From the NCBI GenBank assembly GCA_031291055.1, contig JARLJU010000132.1, positions 39,427 through 103,426 of the forward strand: a stretch of 64,000 nt of DNA, in the 5' to 3' direction. The notes below the pieces were generated by a model. The model was not told the DNA's origin, ran no database searches, and saw only the letters and a list, made by a program, of their open reading frames with translations. This document shows, one piece after another, positions 21,044-31,683 of this stretch. The first letter of the stretch is position 1, and every line of letters starts with the position of its first letter. Source of the DNA: Rudaea sp. GTDB taxonomy: Bacteria; Pseudomonadota; Gammaproteobacteria; Xanthomonadales; Rhodanobacteraceae. Made by a program: the position numbers and the translations under genes.

Positions 21044-22054
21044 ATGGCAACAGACACGCAAGCGCTCAAGAATGCCCGCATCGCCGTGCTCGGTTACGGC
21101 AGCCAGGGTCGTGCGCACGCGCTGAACCTGCGCGATTCGGGCCTCGACGTCGTCGTCGGCCTGCGCAAGGGCGGCCCCACCTCGTTCAAGGCCCAGGAGG
21201 ACGGCTTGCGCGTGCTCGAGCCGGCCGAAGCAGTCAAGGGCGCCGATCTCGTTGCCGTACTGACGCCGGACATGGTGCAGCCGAAATTGTATACCGATGT
21301 GATCGCGCCGAATCTCCGGCCGCATGCCGCGCTGCTGTTTGCGCACGGATTCAATATCCATTTCAAGACGATCGCGTCGCGCGCCGATATCGACGTGATC
21401 CTGGTCGCGCCGAAGGGTCCCGGCGCCCTGGTGCGCAAGGAATACGAGATCGGCCGCGGCGTGCCCTGTCTCTACGCCGTACATCAGGATGCCAGCGGGC
21501 ACGCGCTCGCACGTGCGCTGGCCTACGCCGCCGGCATCGGCGGCGCGCGCGCGATGCTGATCGAAACCGACTTCAAGGAAGAAACCGAAACCGATCTGTT
21601 CGGCGAACAGGCGGTGCTCTGCGGCGGCGTCAGCGAACTCGTGCGGCATGGATTCGAGACCCTGGTCGAAGCCGGCTACAAGCCCGAGATCGCCTACTAC
21701 GAAGTCATGCATGAGCTGAAGCTGATTGTCGACCTGTTCTACGAAGGCGGCCTGACCAAGATGCTGACTTTCGTCTCGGAGACCGCGCAGTACGGCGACT
21801 ACACGCGCGGCCCGCGCGTCGTCGATGCCGCGACCAAGCAGCGCATGCGCGCCGTGCTCGACGAAATCCAGGATGGCCGCTTCGCGCGTGAATGGACCGC
21901 CGAATACGCGGCCGGCCTGCCCAACTACAAGGCCTACAAGCAGAAGGATCTGGATCACCCGATCGAAAAGGTTGGCGCCGCCCTGCGCGCGCGCATGCCG
22001 TGGCTGACTCCCGCACCCGCATCAGCGCCTCCCGCACTGAAGAAGGCAGGCTGA
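21044..22054 (+). CDS. ilvC: Ketol-acid reductoisomerase (short class I)
   Basis: [29 protein letters not shown]. Confidence 0.97.
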   Translation: MATDTQALKNARIAVLGYGSQGRAHALNLRDSGLDVVVGLRKGGPTSFKAQEDGLRVLEPAEAVKGADLVAVLTPDMVQPKLYTDVIAPNLRPHAALLFAHGFNIHFKTIASRADIDVILVAPKGPGALVRKEYEIGRGVPCLYAVHQDASGHALARALAYAAGIGGARAMLIETDFKEETETDLFGEQAVLCGGVSELVRHGFETLVEAGYKPEIAYYEVMHELKLIVDLFYEGGLTKMLTFVSETAQYGDYTRGPRVVDAATKQRMRAVLDEIQDGRFAREWTAEYAAGLPNYKAYKQKDLDHPIEKVGAALRARMPWLTPAPASAPPALKKAG

Positions 22055-22073
22055 TTCAAACAGGAACACAGCG

Positions 22074-23939
22074 ATGAACGCCCAAGTCCAACCCATCAAC
22101 GACATTGCAATCCATCCGCTGGCGGGCACTCGCCTGAGCGGCGCCGACATCGTTGTGCAGGTGCTTGCCGATGAGGGCATCGATGTCGTTTTTGGCTACT
22201 CAGGCGGCGCGATCCTGCCCGTGTACGACGCCGTGTTCCGCTACAACCGTGAGCACCTTCGTGCCGATGACAGCGAAGTGTTGCCGCTGATCGTGCCCGC
22301 GAACGAGCAGGGTGCCGGTTTCATGGCGCAAGGTTATGCGCGCGCGTCGGGCAAGGTCGGTGTCGCGATCGTCACATCCGGCCCGGGGGCGACGAACACG
22401 GTCACGCCGGTGCGCGATGCGATGGCCGATTCGATTCCGCTCGTCGTCATCTGCGGCCAGGTGCCGACCGCGGCGATAGGCACCGATGCATTCCAGGAAG
22501 CGCCGGTCAGCAACATCATGGCCGCGTGCGCCAAGCACGTGTTCCTCGTCACCGACGCGAACAAGCTCGAGGCGACGTTGCGCACCGCGTTCGACATCGC
22601 GCGCAGCGGGCGTCCCGGCCCGGTCGTCGTCGACATACCCAAGGATGTGCAGAATGCCGCGGTGACATTCGATGGCGGCTCGATCTTGCCCGTTCCCGGC
22701 TATCGTGCGCGCCTGCGCGCGGTCGAGCAGTCGGTGCTCGATGATGCGCAATGCGTGCAATTCCTTGAACTGCTCGGCCAGGCACAGCGCCCGCTGATCT
22801 ACGCCGGCGGTGGCGTGATCTCGGCCACTGCCACGCGCGCGCTGCGCGACTTCGCGCACGCCTTCGGCATTCCGGTCGCGACGACCCTGATGGGTCTTGG
22901 CGCCTGCGACACGACCGAGCCGCTGGCCCTGCACATGCTTGGCATGCACGGTACCGCGTATGCGAATTATGCCGTCGAGGATTGCGACTTCCTGCTCGCG
23001 GTCGGTGCGCGCTTCGACGACCGCGTCGCCGGAGTGCCCGACAAGTTCGCCCCTCGCGCCAAGTTCATCGCCCACATCGATGTCGATCCGGCCGAGATCG
23101 GCAAGGTCAAGCACGCCGACTGGCATTTCCTCGGCGATCTGTCGCGGGCGCTTGATCGTCTGCGCATGTTTGCCCAGAAACGGGCGTTCCGGCCGCTGCA
23201 ACTTGGCTGCTACGCGGTATGGCATGCGCATATCGCGCAACTGAAGAAAGTGCACGTGATGAACTACGCGCGCGACGCGGTGCTGATCCAGCCGCATGCG
23301 GTGATCGAGGAGATCAATCGCCACACGCAGGGCCGCGCGATCATCTGCACCGGCGTCGGCCAGCACCAGATGTGGGCCGCGCAGTATTTCGATTTCCGCG
23401 AGCCGCGCCTGTGGCTGACCTCGGGTTCGATGGGCACGATGGGTTTCGGTCTGCCCGCCGCGATCGGCGCGCAGTTCGCGCGCCGCGATGCGCTGGTGAT
23501 CGACATCGACGGCGACGCGAGCATTCGCATGAACATCGGCGAGCTCGAAACCGTGACGACGTACAACCTGCCGATCAAGATCGTCGTGCTCAACAATCAG
23601 GGCGATGGCATGGTGCGGCAATGGCAGAAGCTGTTCTTCCAGGGCCGCTTCGCCGCCAGCGACAAGAGTCTGCACAAGAAGGATTTCGTCAAGGCCGCGG
23701 AAGCCGATGGTTTCCAATGGGCGCAACGGCTGGATCGTCCCGCCGACCTCGCCCAGACGATTGCCGAGTTCATCGCCTACGCGGGCCCGGCGTTTCTCGA
23801 GGTCATGATCGATCCGGATGCCGGTGTCTATCCGATGGTCGGCCCCGGCATGAGCTACGCGCAGATGATCACCGGTGAGCATATTGCGTCGCGGCAGGTC
23901 GCACCGGCGCGTGCAGCATGTCCGTCGGAAATGTTCTGA
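22074..23939 (+). CDS. ilvB: Acetolactate synthase large subunit
   Basis: FGYSGGAILP, EQGAGFMA, TSGPGATN, GVGQHQMW, GTMGFGLP, GDAS..N TPP motif. Confidence 0.95.
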   Translation: MNAQVQPINDIAIHPLAGTRLSGADIVVQVLADEGIDVVFGYSGGAILPVYDAVFRYNREHLRADDSEVLPLIVPANEQGAGFMAQGYARASGKVGVAIVTSGPGATNTVTPVRDAMADSIPLVVICGQVPTAAIGTDAFQEAPVSNIMAACAKHVFLVTDANKLEATLRTAFDIARSGRPGPVVVDIPKDVQNAAVTFDGGSILPVPGYRARLRAVEQSVLDDAQCVQFLELLGQAQRPLIYAGGGVISATATRALRDFAHAFGIPVATTLMGLGACDTTEPLALHMLGMHGTAYANYAVEDCDFLLAVGARFDDRVAGVPDKFAPRAKFIAHIDVDPAEIGKVKHADWHFLGDLSRALDRLRMFAQKRAFRPLQLGCYAVWHAHIAQLKKVHVMNYARDAVLIQPHAVIEEINRHTQGRAIICTGVGQHQMWAAQYFDFREPRLWLTSGSMGTMGFGLPAAIGAQFARRDALVIDIDGDASIRMNIGELETVTTYNLPIKIVVLNNQGDGMVRQWQKLFFQGRFAASDKSLHKKDFVKAAEADGFQWAQRLDRPADLAQTIAEFIAYAGPAFLEVMIDPDAGVYPMVGPGMSYAQMITGEHIASRQVAPARAACPSEMF

Positions 23940-23958
23940 TGCGGCCAGGACTCTTCCC

Positions 23959-24465
23959 GTGAGGCGCATCATTTCGATGCTGCTGCAGAACGAGGCCGGT
24001 GCGCTCTCGCGCGTCGCCGGCATGTTCGCTGCGCGCGGCTACAACATCGACTCGCTCACGGTGGCAGCCACACACGATCCGGCGGTCTCGCGCCTGACCC
24101 TGGTAACGACTGGCGAGGATGTCGTGATCGACCAGATCATCAAGCAGTCGCGCAAGCTCGTCGACGTGATCGAGATCGCCGATCTCACCAGCCGCGATCA
24201 CCTGGAATGCGAGCTGCTGATCGTCAAGGTCGGGTTTGCGCCGGGCAAGGCGCCGCTGGTCGCCGCCTGCGTGCGCCGCCACCCGCGCGCGCTGTTGTTC
24301 GACGAGAGCGACGCCACGCGCACGATCCAGTTCACCGGTACCGGCACCGAGCTCAACGCTTTCCTCGCGGAATTGACTTCGCTTACGCACATCCTTGAGC
24401 TTGCGCGCAGCGGCACGGCCGCGCTCGATCGTGGCGAATTGCTGCTGGCAGCCGAGATCGCCTAG
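23959..24465 (+). CDS. ilvN: Acetolactate synthase regulatory subunit
   Basis: LQNEAGALSRVAGMFAARGYNIDSL ACT domain; ELARSG; GTG start. Confidence 0.92.
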   Translation: MRRIISMLLQNEAGALSRVAGMFAARGYNIDSLTVAATHDPAVSRLTLVTTGEDVVIDQIIKQSRKLVDVIEIADLTSRDHLECELLIVKVGFAPGKAPLVAACVRRHPRALLFDESDATRTIQFTGTGTELNAFLAELTSLTHILELARSGTAALDRGELLLAAEIA

Positions 24466-24496
24466 CCCTTCGCGCGGCCATGCTGCCAGCGCTAAA

Positions 24497-25942
24497 TCAG
24501 GCGGCGCGCTCGATGGCTGCAACGAAGTCCGGATTGCGCGCCACCTCAGCCTCGCCGAGCGGTCGCGCGCCGAACCAGTGCAAGCGTTCGGCCAGCGCAG
24601 CCACTTCGCCGAGGATCAGCAGGGCCGGCGAACGCACGGCATGCCTATGCGCACGTTCCGGCAACTCACCGAGCCTGCCGGTGACGACACGTTGCTCAGG
24701 CCGCGAGCCATTCTCGATCAGGGCGAACGGCGTGTCCGCCGAGCGACCGTGCGCAACAAGATGCGCACGCAGGGATTCGAGCTCGGTCACGCCCATGTAG
24801 ACCGCGAGCGTTTGGGTTTCCCGTGCGAGGGCGGACCAGTCGAGCGTGTCCAGCGAAGCCCCGCAGTGTGCGGTGACGAAACGCACCGACTGCGCATGAT
24901 CGCGATGGGTCAGTGGCACACCGGCGTAGGCCGCACAGGCGATTGCCGCTGTGATGCCGGGAATGACTTCAAAAGGTATGTCATGTGCGCGCAGGAATTG
25001 CAGTTCCTCTCCGCCACGGCCAAATATGAAGGGGTCGCCGCCCTTCAGGCGTACGACGCGGCGGCCCGCACGGGCATGCTCGAGCAGCAACGCATGGATG
25101 CGCTCCTGGGTGGTGTGATGCGCCCCGGCGCGCTTGCCGACCTCGATGCGCTCGGCATCGCGTCGTGCCAGATCCAGAACCTCGGTGCTGACCAGGCGAT
25201 CGTGAAGGATCACATCGGCCTCGTTAAGCGCGCGCAGCGCCTTGAGCGTGAGCAGGCCCGGATCGCCCGGACCGGCGCCTACCAGCACGACCGAGCCCGT
25301 CGCCGGCGCGGGTTTCTCGTCCAGTGTTGTTTGCAGCGCTTTTTCCGCCAATTCCGGCTGACTGCGGCGCAGCAGATCGGAAATCTGGCCGGCGAACAGG
25401 CGGTCGTAATAGCGCCGGCGCGCGCCGGTCGCCGGGTAGCGCGCGCGGATGCGCTGGCGAAAACGCGAGACCAGCGCGGCGAGCGGACCAAGCGAGCTGT
25501 CGAGCAGGCTTTCCAGGCGTTCGCGCACCCATCGCGCCAGCATCGGTGCATCGCCACCGGACGAAATCGCGATCACCAGGGGCGAGCGGTCGATGATGGC
25601 CGGCACATGGAAGCTCGACAGTGCGGCATTGTCGACGACATTGACGAAAATTCCACGCTTACTGGCCGCGTCGGCGACCGCCGCGTTCACCGCTTGCTCG
25701 TCGGTGGCGGCAATGACCAGACACGCGCCGTCGAGCCAGTCACTGCGGAAGACGCCAGAGCAGTGCGCGATGCGTCCACTTTCGGCCCAGCGGGCGAGGT
25801 TCAGGGTCAGGACCGGAGCGCCGACGCTGACCAAGGCCCCGGCGGCCAGCAGGGCGGCCGTCTTGCGCTCGGCCACAGCGCCGCCGCCGACCACGAGGAC
25901 GCGGCGCCGGCCGAGATCGGCGAACAGCGGAAACAGCTTCAT
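24497..25942 (-). CDS. cysG: Siroheme synthase
   Basis: [11 protein letters not shown] dehydrogenase/ferrochelatase domain plus [28 protein letters not shown] methylase domain. Confidence 0.96.
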   Translation of the reverse strand: MKLFPLFADLGRRRVLVVGGGAVAERKTAALLAAGALVSVGAPVLTLNLARWAESGRIAHCSGVFRSDWLDGACLVIAATDEQAVNAAVADAASKRGIFVNVVDNAALSSFHVPAIIDRSPLVIAISSGGDAPMLARWVRERLESLLDSSLGPLAALVSRFRQRIRARYPATGARRRYYDRLFAGQISDLLRRSQPELAEKALQTTLDEKPAPATGSVVLVGAGPGDPGLLTLKALRALNEADVILHDRLVSTEVLDLARRDAERIEVGKRAGAHHTTQERIHALLLEHARAGRRVVRLKGGDPFIFGRGGEELQFLRAHDIPFEVIPGITAAIACAAYAGVPLTHRDHAQSVRFVTAHCGASLDTLDWSALARETQTLAVYMGVTELESLRAHLVAHGRSADTPFALIENGSRPEQRVVTGRLGELPERAHRHAVRSPALLILGEVAALAERLHWFGARPLGEAEVARNPDFVAAIERAA

Positions 25943-26240
25943 CGGTCGCCCCGGGCGATGACTCGGCCGGTTACGTTATAAACTCGGGTCTCGGGGTGGA
26001 AATGACTTGTGGTGACAGGCATATGCTTCTGCGGCATGATGGCGAGGTAAGCGATATTTGGGCGTATAGACGCCCAAATAGCATTGGGCTATGCTCCGCG
26101 CTCGCATGGCTGCCGTCGGCAGCCCGATTCCTGGAGCAAGCCATGAAACGCATCGGTTCGGAGTGCGTCGCCTGTTGTCGCCGGTTTCCTGTCGGTGCCT
26201 GCGCGAACCGAGTGCGACCCTTTCCTGCGAACCGATCCCC

Positions 26241-27245
26241 ATGACCCTGACTCAACTGCGTTACCTCGTCGCCATCGCCGATTCCGGGCTCAATATCACC
26301 GTCGCAGCCGAGCGGGTCCACGCCACCCAGCCGGGCGTCAGCAAGCAACTCAAGCAACTGGAAGACGAACTCGGCTTCCGCCTGTTCACGCGCAAGGGCA
26401 AGAGCCTGGACACGGTCACCGTGGCGGGCCTGCAGGTGATCGAACGCGCCCGCATCATCCTTGGCGAGGCCGCCAACATCCGTTCACTCGCCGCCAACCT
26501 GCGCAACGACGCACAGGGCGAACTGCGCATCGCTACGACGCACACGCAAGCGCGTTTTGCGTTGCCGGGCTCGATCGCTGCGCTGAAGCGCAACTATCCG
26601 CAAGTCAATGTGCACCTCCTGCCCGGCGGCGACGCCGAAGTGCTCGAGCTGCTCGATCGCGGTCTGGCCGACCTGGCCGTGGTCAGCAGTGCCGGCGCGC
26701 CGCCGGCCGCCGGCCTGGCGCTGCCGGCCTATCGGTGGGACCGCGTCGTGCTGGTGCCGAAGGATCATCCGCTGACCTCGCTCAAGCATGTGCCGACGCT
26801 CGCCGAACTGGCCGCGTATCCACTGGTCACCTACGAATCATCGTTGAAGCCGGAATCATCGCTGCGCCATGCCTTCGTCAACGCAGGGCTGGAACCGCGC
26901 CTGGCCATCACGGCGCTCGATGCGGACCTCATCAAGACCTATGTCCGCGTCGGTCTCGGTGTCGGCGTACTCGCCGAGATGGCCCTGCTTGCCGAAGACG
27001 CCGCCGATCTGCGCGTCCTTGCGGCCGACGGCCTGTTTCCGATCTGTACGACATGGATCGTGTTGCCCCGCGGCCGCGTGTTGCGCGACTACGCGCTGGA
27101 GTTCATCGCCCTGTTCGCTCCTCAGATCGACCGCCGCGACGTGCGCCGCGCTTTCGATCACGGTGACTTTGCCGGCGAATGGCCTAAGCCGCCGCGCTGG
27201 CGGGAACTGGCTGATGCGAAGTTGCGAGTCGTCGACGAAGCGTGA
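26241..27245 (+). CDS. cysB: CysB-family LysR regulator
   Basis: MTLTQLRYLVAIADSGLNIT..AER...TQPGVSKQ, IATTHTQAR, DADLIKTYVR; divergent from cysG. Confidence 0.9.
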   Translation: MTLTQLRYLVAIADSGLNITVAAERVHATQPGVSKQLKQLEDELGFRLFTRKGKSLDTVTVAGLQVIERARIILGEAANIRSLAANLRNDAQGELRIATTHTQARFALPGSIAALKRNYPQVNVHLLPGGDAEVLELLDRGLADLAVVSSAGAPPAAGLALPAYRWDRVVLVPKDHPLTSLKHVPTLAELAAYPLVTYESSLKPESSLRHAFVNAGLEPRLAITALDADLIKTYVRVGLGVGVLAEMALLAEDAADLRVLAADGLFPICTTWIVLPRGRVLRDYALEFIALFAPQIDRRDVRRAFDHGDFAGEWPKPPRWRELADAKLRVVDEA

Positions 27246-27397
27246 ACGCCGGCTCTCGCCACGAGCGAGATCGGACGCACCGCAGGTCATGCATTAAGCG
27301 GTCTTGTGCCGAAATTCGGCTGTCGCTACAGTAGATTGCAAGATGTCGCTGAACCTTGTGCTTCGGATCTGCAACTGCGCCGGACGATATTCGGAAC

Positions 27398-28006
27398 ATG
27401 AAGAGAAAAGTGGTATTTGTCCATGTTCCAAAGACGGGCGGATTGAGCATCCGTGCAATCTGTCAGCAGCATCGGATAATTGTCATAACGCACGATATAA
27501 GAAGCAGGAACTACGTATCTCTTGAACGATACAAGAGCATCGATCCCACTTGCTTTGCCTTCGCATTCGTCAGAAATCCATGGGACCGCGTCGTAAGCGC
27601 CTATTTCTATCTCAAGCGCGGCGGTGATCGCGAGGAGGATAGAAAGGATGCCGAGGTCTACTTGCCGTACGACGATTTCAAGTCATTTGTGCTCGGCGCA
27701 TTCAAGACCGAGACGATATTCGAGCAGTTGCACTTTACCCCTCAATACAGGTGGCTTTCGGACAAGTCGAATTTATTGGTGGATTCAGTTGCCAGATTCG
27801 AAAACCTGCAGGAGGATTTCAGCAAGTACTGCGGTTTGTTCAACCTACCCAATTACAAGCTGCCGGTCAGCAACAAATCCGTTCACGCGGAGTATAAAAC
27901 CTATTACGACGACCAGACTTGGAGCATTGTCGCGAATGCATACCGCAGGGACATAGATTTGTTCGGCTACGCCGGCTGCTTGCGACTCTCGCCAGCGTCG
28001 TCGTGA
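27398..28006 (+). CDS. Sulfotransferase family 2 protein
   Basis: FVHVPKTGG (5'-PSB), FAFVRNPWDRVVSAY (3'-PB), HFTPQ, ARFENL, D..LFGY. Confidence 0.87.
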   Translation: MKRKVVFVHVPKTGGLSIRAICQQHRIIVITHDIRSRNYVSLERYKSIDPTCFAFAFVRNPWDRVVSAYFYLKRGGDREEDRKDAEVYLPYDDFKSFVLGAFKTETIFEQLHFTPQYRWLSDKSNLLVDSVARFENLQEDFSKYCGLFNLPNYKLPVSNKSVHAEYKTYYDDQTWSIVANAYRRDIDLFGYAGCLRLSPASS

Positions 28007-28050
28007 GCGCCGGCGCTGGACCGCTCAGGAGCGGCACGTGCCGCTGCGTG

Positions 28051-29064
28051 TCACTGACGCACCGGATACATCGTCAGGTACTGCACCACGCGCGGGCGGA
28101 CGCCATGATTGGGGCGGCTACTGTGCGGCAAGGCGTGATGCCAGAGGATGAGGTCCCCGGCTTTGCCGGCAATCGGTCGTACCGCATCGGCCGGAATCTG
28201 CGTGTGCGGATCGACATCGTGCGGAAGATTGCGCAGCCATTCGTCGATCCGGCGATGAAAGCCGGGAACGCAGGAAAACGCGCCCTGGTCCGCCGGCGTG
28301 TCGGCAAGGTACATGATGCCCTGGATACCAAGCGGGATCGGCGGTTCCAGGAGTGCGTCCCAATGCAGGTGCGGTCCCGGAAACCGGAATAAATCGCATT
28401 CCGGCGGGTTGAAGCCGCAGCGGTCGGTGGTCATGAGCAAATCTACGCAATTCCACAATTGCGCGAAGCCCTTGTGAATGCGCAGCGATTCGCGTGCCGC
28501 CTGCAGGGCCGGATGCTGGAACATCTGCACCATGATGCCCTGGCGGTGATCCCGACCATACCAGGTTCGCGGATCGTCCGGATCGGCGCCGATGCAGGCA
28601 TGCACCGCCGCGAATGCCGCCGCGCATTCCTGCCTCGATATCGCCTGCGGCAGTACGACGTAGCCATGCTCTGACCAATGCGCCATGTCTGCTGCGCTGA
28701 ACACCGGCGCCATCGCACCGATGTCCGCGTGCCGCCGCAGCACTTCCGGCGCGTATGCGCCGCCGTTCTGAAGCGCATTGATCCAGGCGATTCGAGCCGG
28801 TGCGATGCTGCCGCCGTTGCAATCCAGGATGAACGATTGCAGCGCTGCGAACGACGGCGATGTGGTAAGAAATCGCGCCAACTGCTCCAGTCCGACACCC
28901 ATGCTGTCGACCAGCATTTTGTCGCGGTGTTGATGCCGGGGATCATATGCGTGCCTTCCGCCGCCATGCATCTCGCGCAATTTCCGTGACCAGAAATCGT
29001 GCAGGCCGGCAATACCGAGGCGATCGGTGTCCGGCGGTTCCAAGCAGTCGGCCTGTTCAGACAT
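28051..29064 (-). CDS. Phytanoyl-CoA dioxygenase (PhyH)-family Fe(II)/2OG oxygenase with N-terminal extension
   Basis: W.EHGYVVL, LHWD (HxD), QG..YLADT...QGAF.CVPGFH, AGDLILWH..LPH. Confidence 0.85.
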   Translation of the reverse strand: MSEQADCLEPPDTDRLGIAGLHDFWSRKLREMHGGGRHAYDPRHQHRDKMLVDSMGVGLEQLARFLTTSPSFAALQSFILDCNGGSIAPARIAWINALQNGGAYAPEVLRRHADIGAMAPVFSAADMAHWSEHGYVVLPQAISRQECAAAFAAVHACIGADPDDPRTWYGRDHRQGIMVQMFQHPALQAARESLRIHKGFAQLWNCVDLLMTTDRCGFNPPECDLFRFPGPHLHWDALLEPPIPLGIQGIMYLADTPADQGAFSCVPGFHRRIDEWLRNLPHDVDPHTQIPADAVRPIAGKAGDLILWHHALPHSSRPNHGVRPRVVQYLTMYPVRQ

Positions 29065-29201
29065 GGCCGGATTGTAGCGCAGGCGATTGAACGCCAATTC
29101 CACCGTCCGAACAGACCGCTTCCGACATTTCCGGCAATAGCCATCATGGCGTCGATCGCATGGCGAAGCCCATCCGCATTCGACCCCCGGGGCTGCGGCC
29201 C

Positions 29202-29238
29202 AAAAAAAAAAACGGGCAAGAGCATCTGCCCTTGCCCG
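29202..29238 (-). terminator. Rho-independent terminator after cysJIH
   Basis: Minus strand CGGGCAAGGGCA-GA-TGCTCTTGCCCG followed by T11. Confidence 0.88.
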
Positions 29239-29259
29239 CCCGGACAACAAATCGTAGCG

Positions 29260-29982
29260 TCACACTTCCTGGTGCAGCCCGCATTCCCGACGCAGACCGA
29301 AGAAGCGTGTGTCTTCCGCATCCATGCCATCTTCCTGGCGCCGGGTCGTGTGCACGTCGCCGATCGAGACATAGCCGGCGTCCCACAACGGGTGATAGGG
29401 CAGGTCGTGACGTTGCAGATATCGGCCGATGTCGCGGTCGGACCAGTCGGCGATCGGATGCAGCTTCCAGCGATCGTTCTTCAATTCGATGAAATCGATT
29501 GCCGCACGGCTCTGCGCCTGCGTGCGGCGCAGGCCGGCGATCCAGGTGCGCGCGCCGAGTTCGTTCAAGGCGCGCTGCATGGGTTCGACCTTGCGCAGGC
29601 GGTTGTAGCGCTCGATGCCGTCCAGACCCTGCTCCCACAGGCGGCCAAGGCGCGCTTCCATCCAGGCAACACCGATGCGCGGCCGATAGACACTCAGGTT
29701 GAGTGCGAAACGTTCGCTCAGGGCATCGACGAAGCGATAGGTCTCCGCAAACAGATAGCCGGTGTCGACGAGAACCACGGGAATGCGCGGGGCCCGCTGC
29801 GTGACAAGATGCAGCATGGCTGCCGATTGCGCACCGAAGCTCGATGAAAGCACGTGCTCGCCCGGTGTTGTTTCCAGCGCCCAGGCGATGCGTTCTTCAG
29901 CGTCGCGTTGCGCCAGCCAGCCATTGAGATCGGCGAGTGCGCGCGAATCTTCGGCGGCGCTGACGAGGTCGGGCGGATTCAT
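29260..29982 (-). CDS. cysH: PAPS reductase (cluster-free, E. coli type)
   Basis: [35 protein letters not shown]; lacks the CC and CxxC cluster ligands of APS reductases. Confidence 0.93.
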   Translation of the reverse strand: MNPPDLVSAAEDSRALADLNGWLAQRDAEERIAWALETTPGEHVLSSSFGAQSAAMLHLVTQRAPRIPVVLVDTGYLFAETYRFVDALSERFALNLSVYRPRIGVAWMEARLGRLWEQGLDGIERYNRLRKVEPMQRALNELGARTWIAGLRRTQAQSRAAIDFIELKNDRWKLHPIADWSDRDIGRYLQRHDLPYHPLWDAGYVSIGDVHTTRRQEDGMDAEDTRFFGLRRECGLHQEV

Positions 29983-31682
29983 GCGATCACCTCGGCTGGA
30001 ATCGATTGCGGTGCGGCCAGTGCACCGACGCGCAGCAGGAAGTCACCGAAGCCTTCGCCGTCGGCACGTTCGGCGGCGTAGCGCGCAAACACAGGATCGA
30101 GGCTGGCGAGAATCCCGGCTTCGTCTATGTTCTCGCGGTACAGCCGGTTGAGGCGCTGGCCACGGAAATCGGCACCCAGCATCAGGTTGTAGCGGCCGGG
30201 CGCCTTGCCGACCAGAGCGACCTCGCCCAGATACGGGCGCGAGCAACCATTCGGGCAGCCGGACAGGCGCAGCAGAATCGGCGCGTCGAGCAGGCCGTGG
30301 CCAGCGAGCAGGCTTTCGAGTTTGAGCAGCAGGTCCGGCAGATAGCGTTCGGCCTCGGCCATGGCCAGTCCGCAGGTCGGCAACGCGACGCAAGCCAGCG
30401 CGTGTTTGCGGATGCCGCTCTGGTCGCGATAACCGTCGAGGCCGTGTTGTGCAACGAGCGAATCGATGTGCGCGCGTTCGGCAGCGGCGACATTGGCGAT
30501 GATCAGGTTCTGATTGCAGGTCAGGCGGAATTGCACAGCGGAAGCTGTGCCGTCGTGGACCTTGGCAATCTCGCGCAGGCCGCTCAGCAGCGCTCGGCCG
30601 GGACGATCAGCCAGGCGCCCGGCTTCGATGTGCAGGGTCAGGTGCCAGCGTCGATCGTCGCCCTGGATCCACCCGTAGCGATCGCCATTGTGGTCGAAGT
30701 GAAAGGCACGCGCCGGCGCCAGAACAAAACCCAGGCGCGCTTGCAGTTCGGCGACAAAGACATCCAGTCCGCGATGATCGATCGTGTACTTCAAGCGCGC
30801 ATGCTTGCGTTCGTTGCGATCGCCCCAGTCGCGCTGCACCGCGATCACGTTTTCGGCCACCGCGAGCAGGTGCTCCGGCGCAACGAAGCCGATCACATCG
30901 CCCAGGCGCGGGTAGGTCGTGGCATCGCCATGCGTCGCGCCCATGCCGCCGCCGATGGCGACGTTGAATCCGGCCAGCTCGCCATGCTCGATGATGGCGA
31001 TGAGGCCCAGGTCCTGGGCGAACACGTCGACATCGTTGGTTGGCGGCACTGCCAGACCGATCTTGAATTTGCGCGGCAGATAGGTCGGTCCATACAGCGG
31101 TTCGACCTCGTCGCTGCCCGCGATTTTCTCCTCATCCAGCCAGATCTCGTAGTAGGCGCGCGTCGCCGGCTTCAGATGCTCGGACAGACGCACGGCGCAG
31201 GCATACGCAGCCGCGTGTGCTGAAGACTCGACCGGATTGGCCGAGCACACCACATTTCGATTGACGTCGCCGCAGGCGGCGATTGTGTCGACCAGGGCGC
31301 GGTTGATCGCGGCGATGCCCGGCTTGAGCTCGCGCTTGATCACGCCGTGCCACTGGAAGGTCTGACGCGAGGTGATGCGCAGCGTGCCATTGGCGTGTTC
31401 GCGTGCGATCGCATCGAACGCCAGCCACTGCGTCGGCGTCACCACACCGCCCGGCAAACGCGCGCGAATCATGAAGGCGTAGGCTGGCTCGAGTTTCTGC
31501 CGGCGCCGCTCGTCGCGCAGGTCGCGGTCATCCTGCTGATAGGTGCCGTGGAACTTGAGCAGCTTGGTATCGTCATCGGCGATCGCGCCGGTGACCGGGT
31601 CGAGCAGACCTTCCGCAATCGTTCCGCGCAGAAAGCGGCTGTCGGCCTTGACGCGCTCGAACGCGGAAAGCTGCGCAACCAT
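29979..31682 (-). CDS. cysI: Sulfite reductase hemoprotein subunit
   Basis: [40 protein letters not shown]. Confidence 0.96.
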   Translation of the reverse strand: MVAQLSAFERVKADSRFLRGTIAEGLLDPVTGAIADDDTKLLKFHGTYQQDDRDLRDERRRQKLEPAYAFMIRARLPGGVVTPTQWLAFDAIAREHANGTLRITSRQTFQWHGVIKRELKPGIAAINRALVDTIAACGDVNRNVVCSANPVESSAHAAAYACAVRLSEHLKPATRAYYEIWLDEEKIAGSDEVEPLYGPTYLPRKFKIGLAVPPTNDVDVFAQDLGLIAIIEHGELAGFNVAIGGGMGATHGDATTYPRLGDVIGFVAPEHLLAVAENVIAVQRDWGDRNERKHARLKYTIDHRGLDVFVAELQARLGFVLAPARAFHFDHNGDRYGWIQGDDRRWHLTLHIEAGRLADRPGRALLSGLREIAKVHDGTASAVQFRLTCNQNLIIANVAAAERAHIDSLVAQHGLDGYRDQSGIRKHALACVALPTCGLAMAEAERYLPDLLLKLESLLAGHGLLDAPILLRLSGCPNGCSRPYLGEVALVGKAPGRYNLMLGADFRGQRLNRLYRENIDEAGILASLDPVFARYAAERADGEGFGDFLLRVGALAAPQSIPAEVIA

Positions 31683-31683
31683 G

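Noticed and set aside
29202-29212. A11 homopolymer as a phase-variation tract
   Set aside because: It is the U-tract of the cysH terminator on the minus strand.
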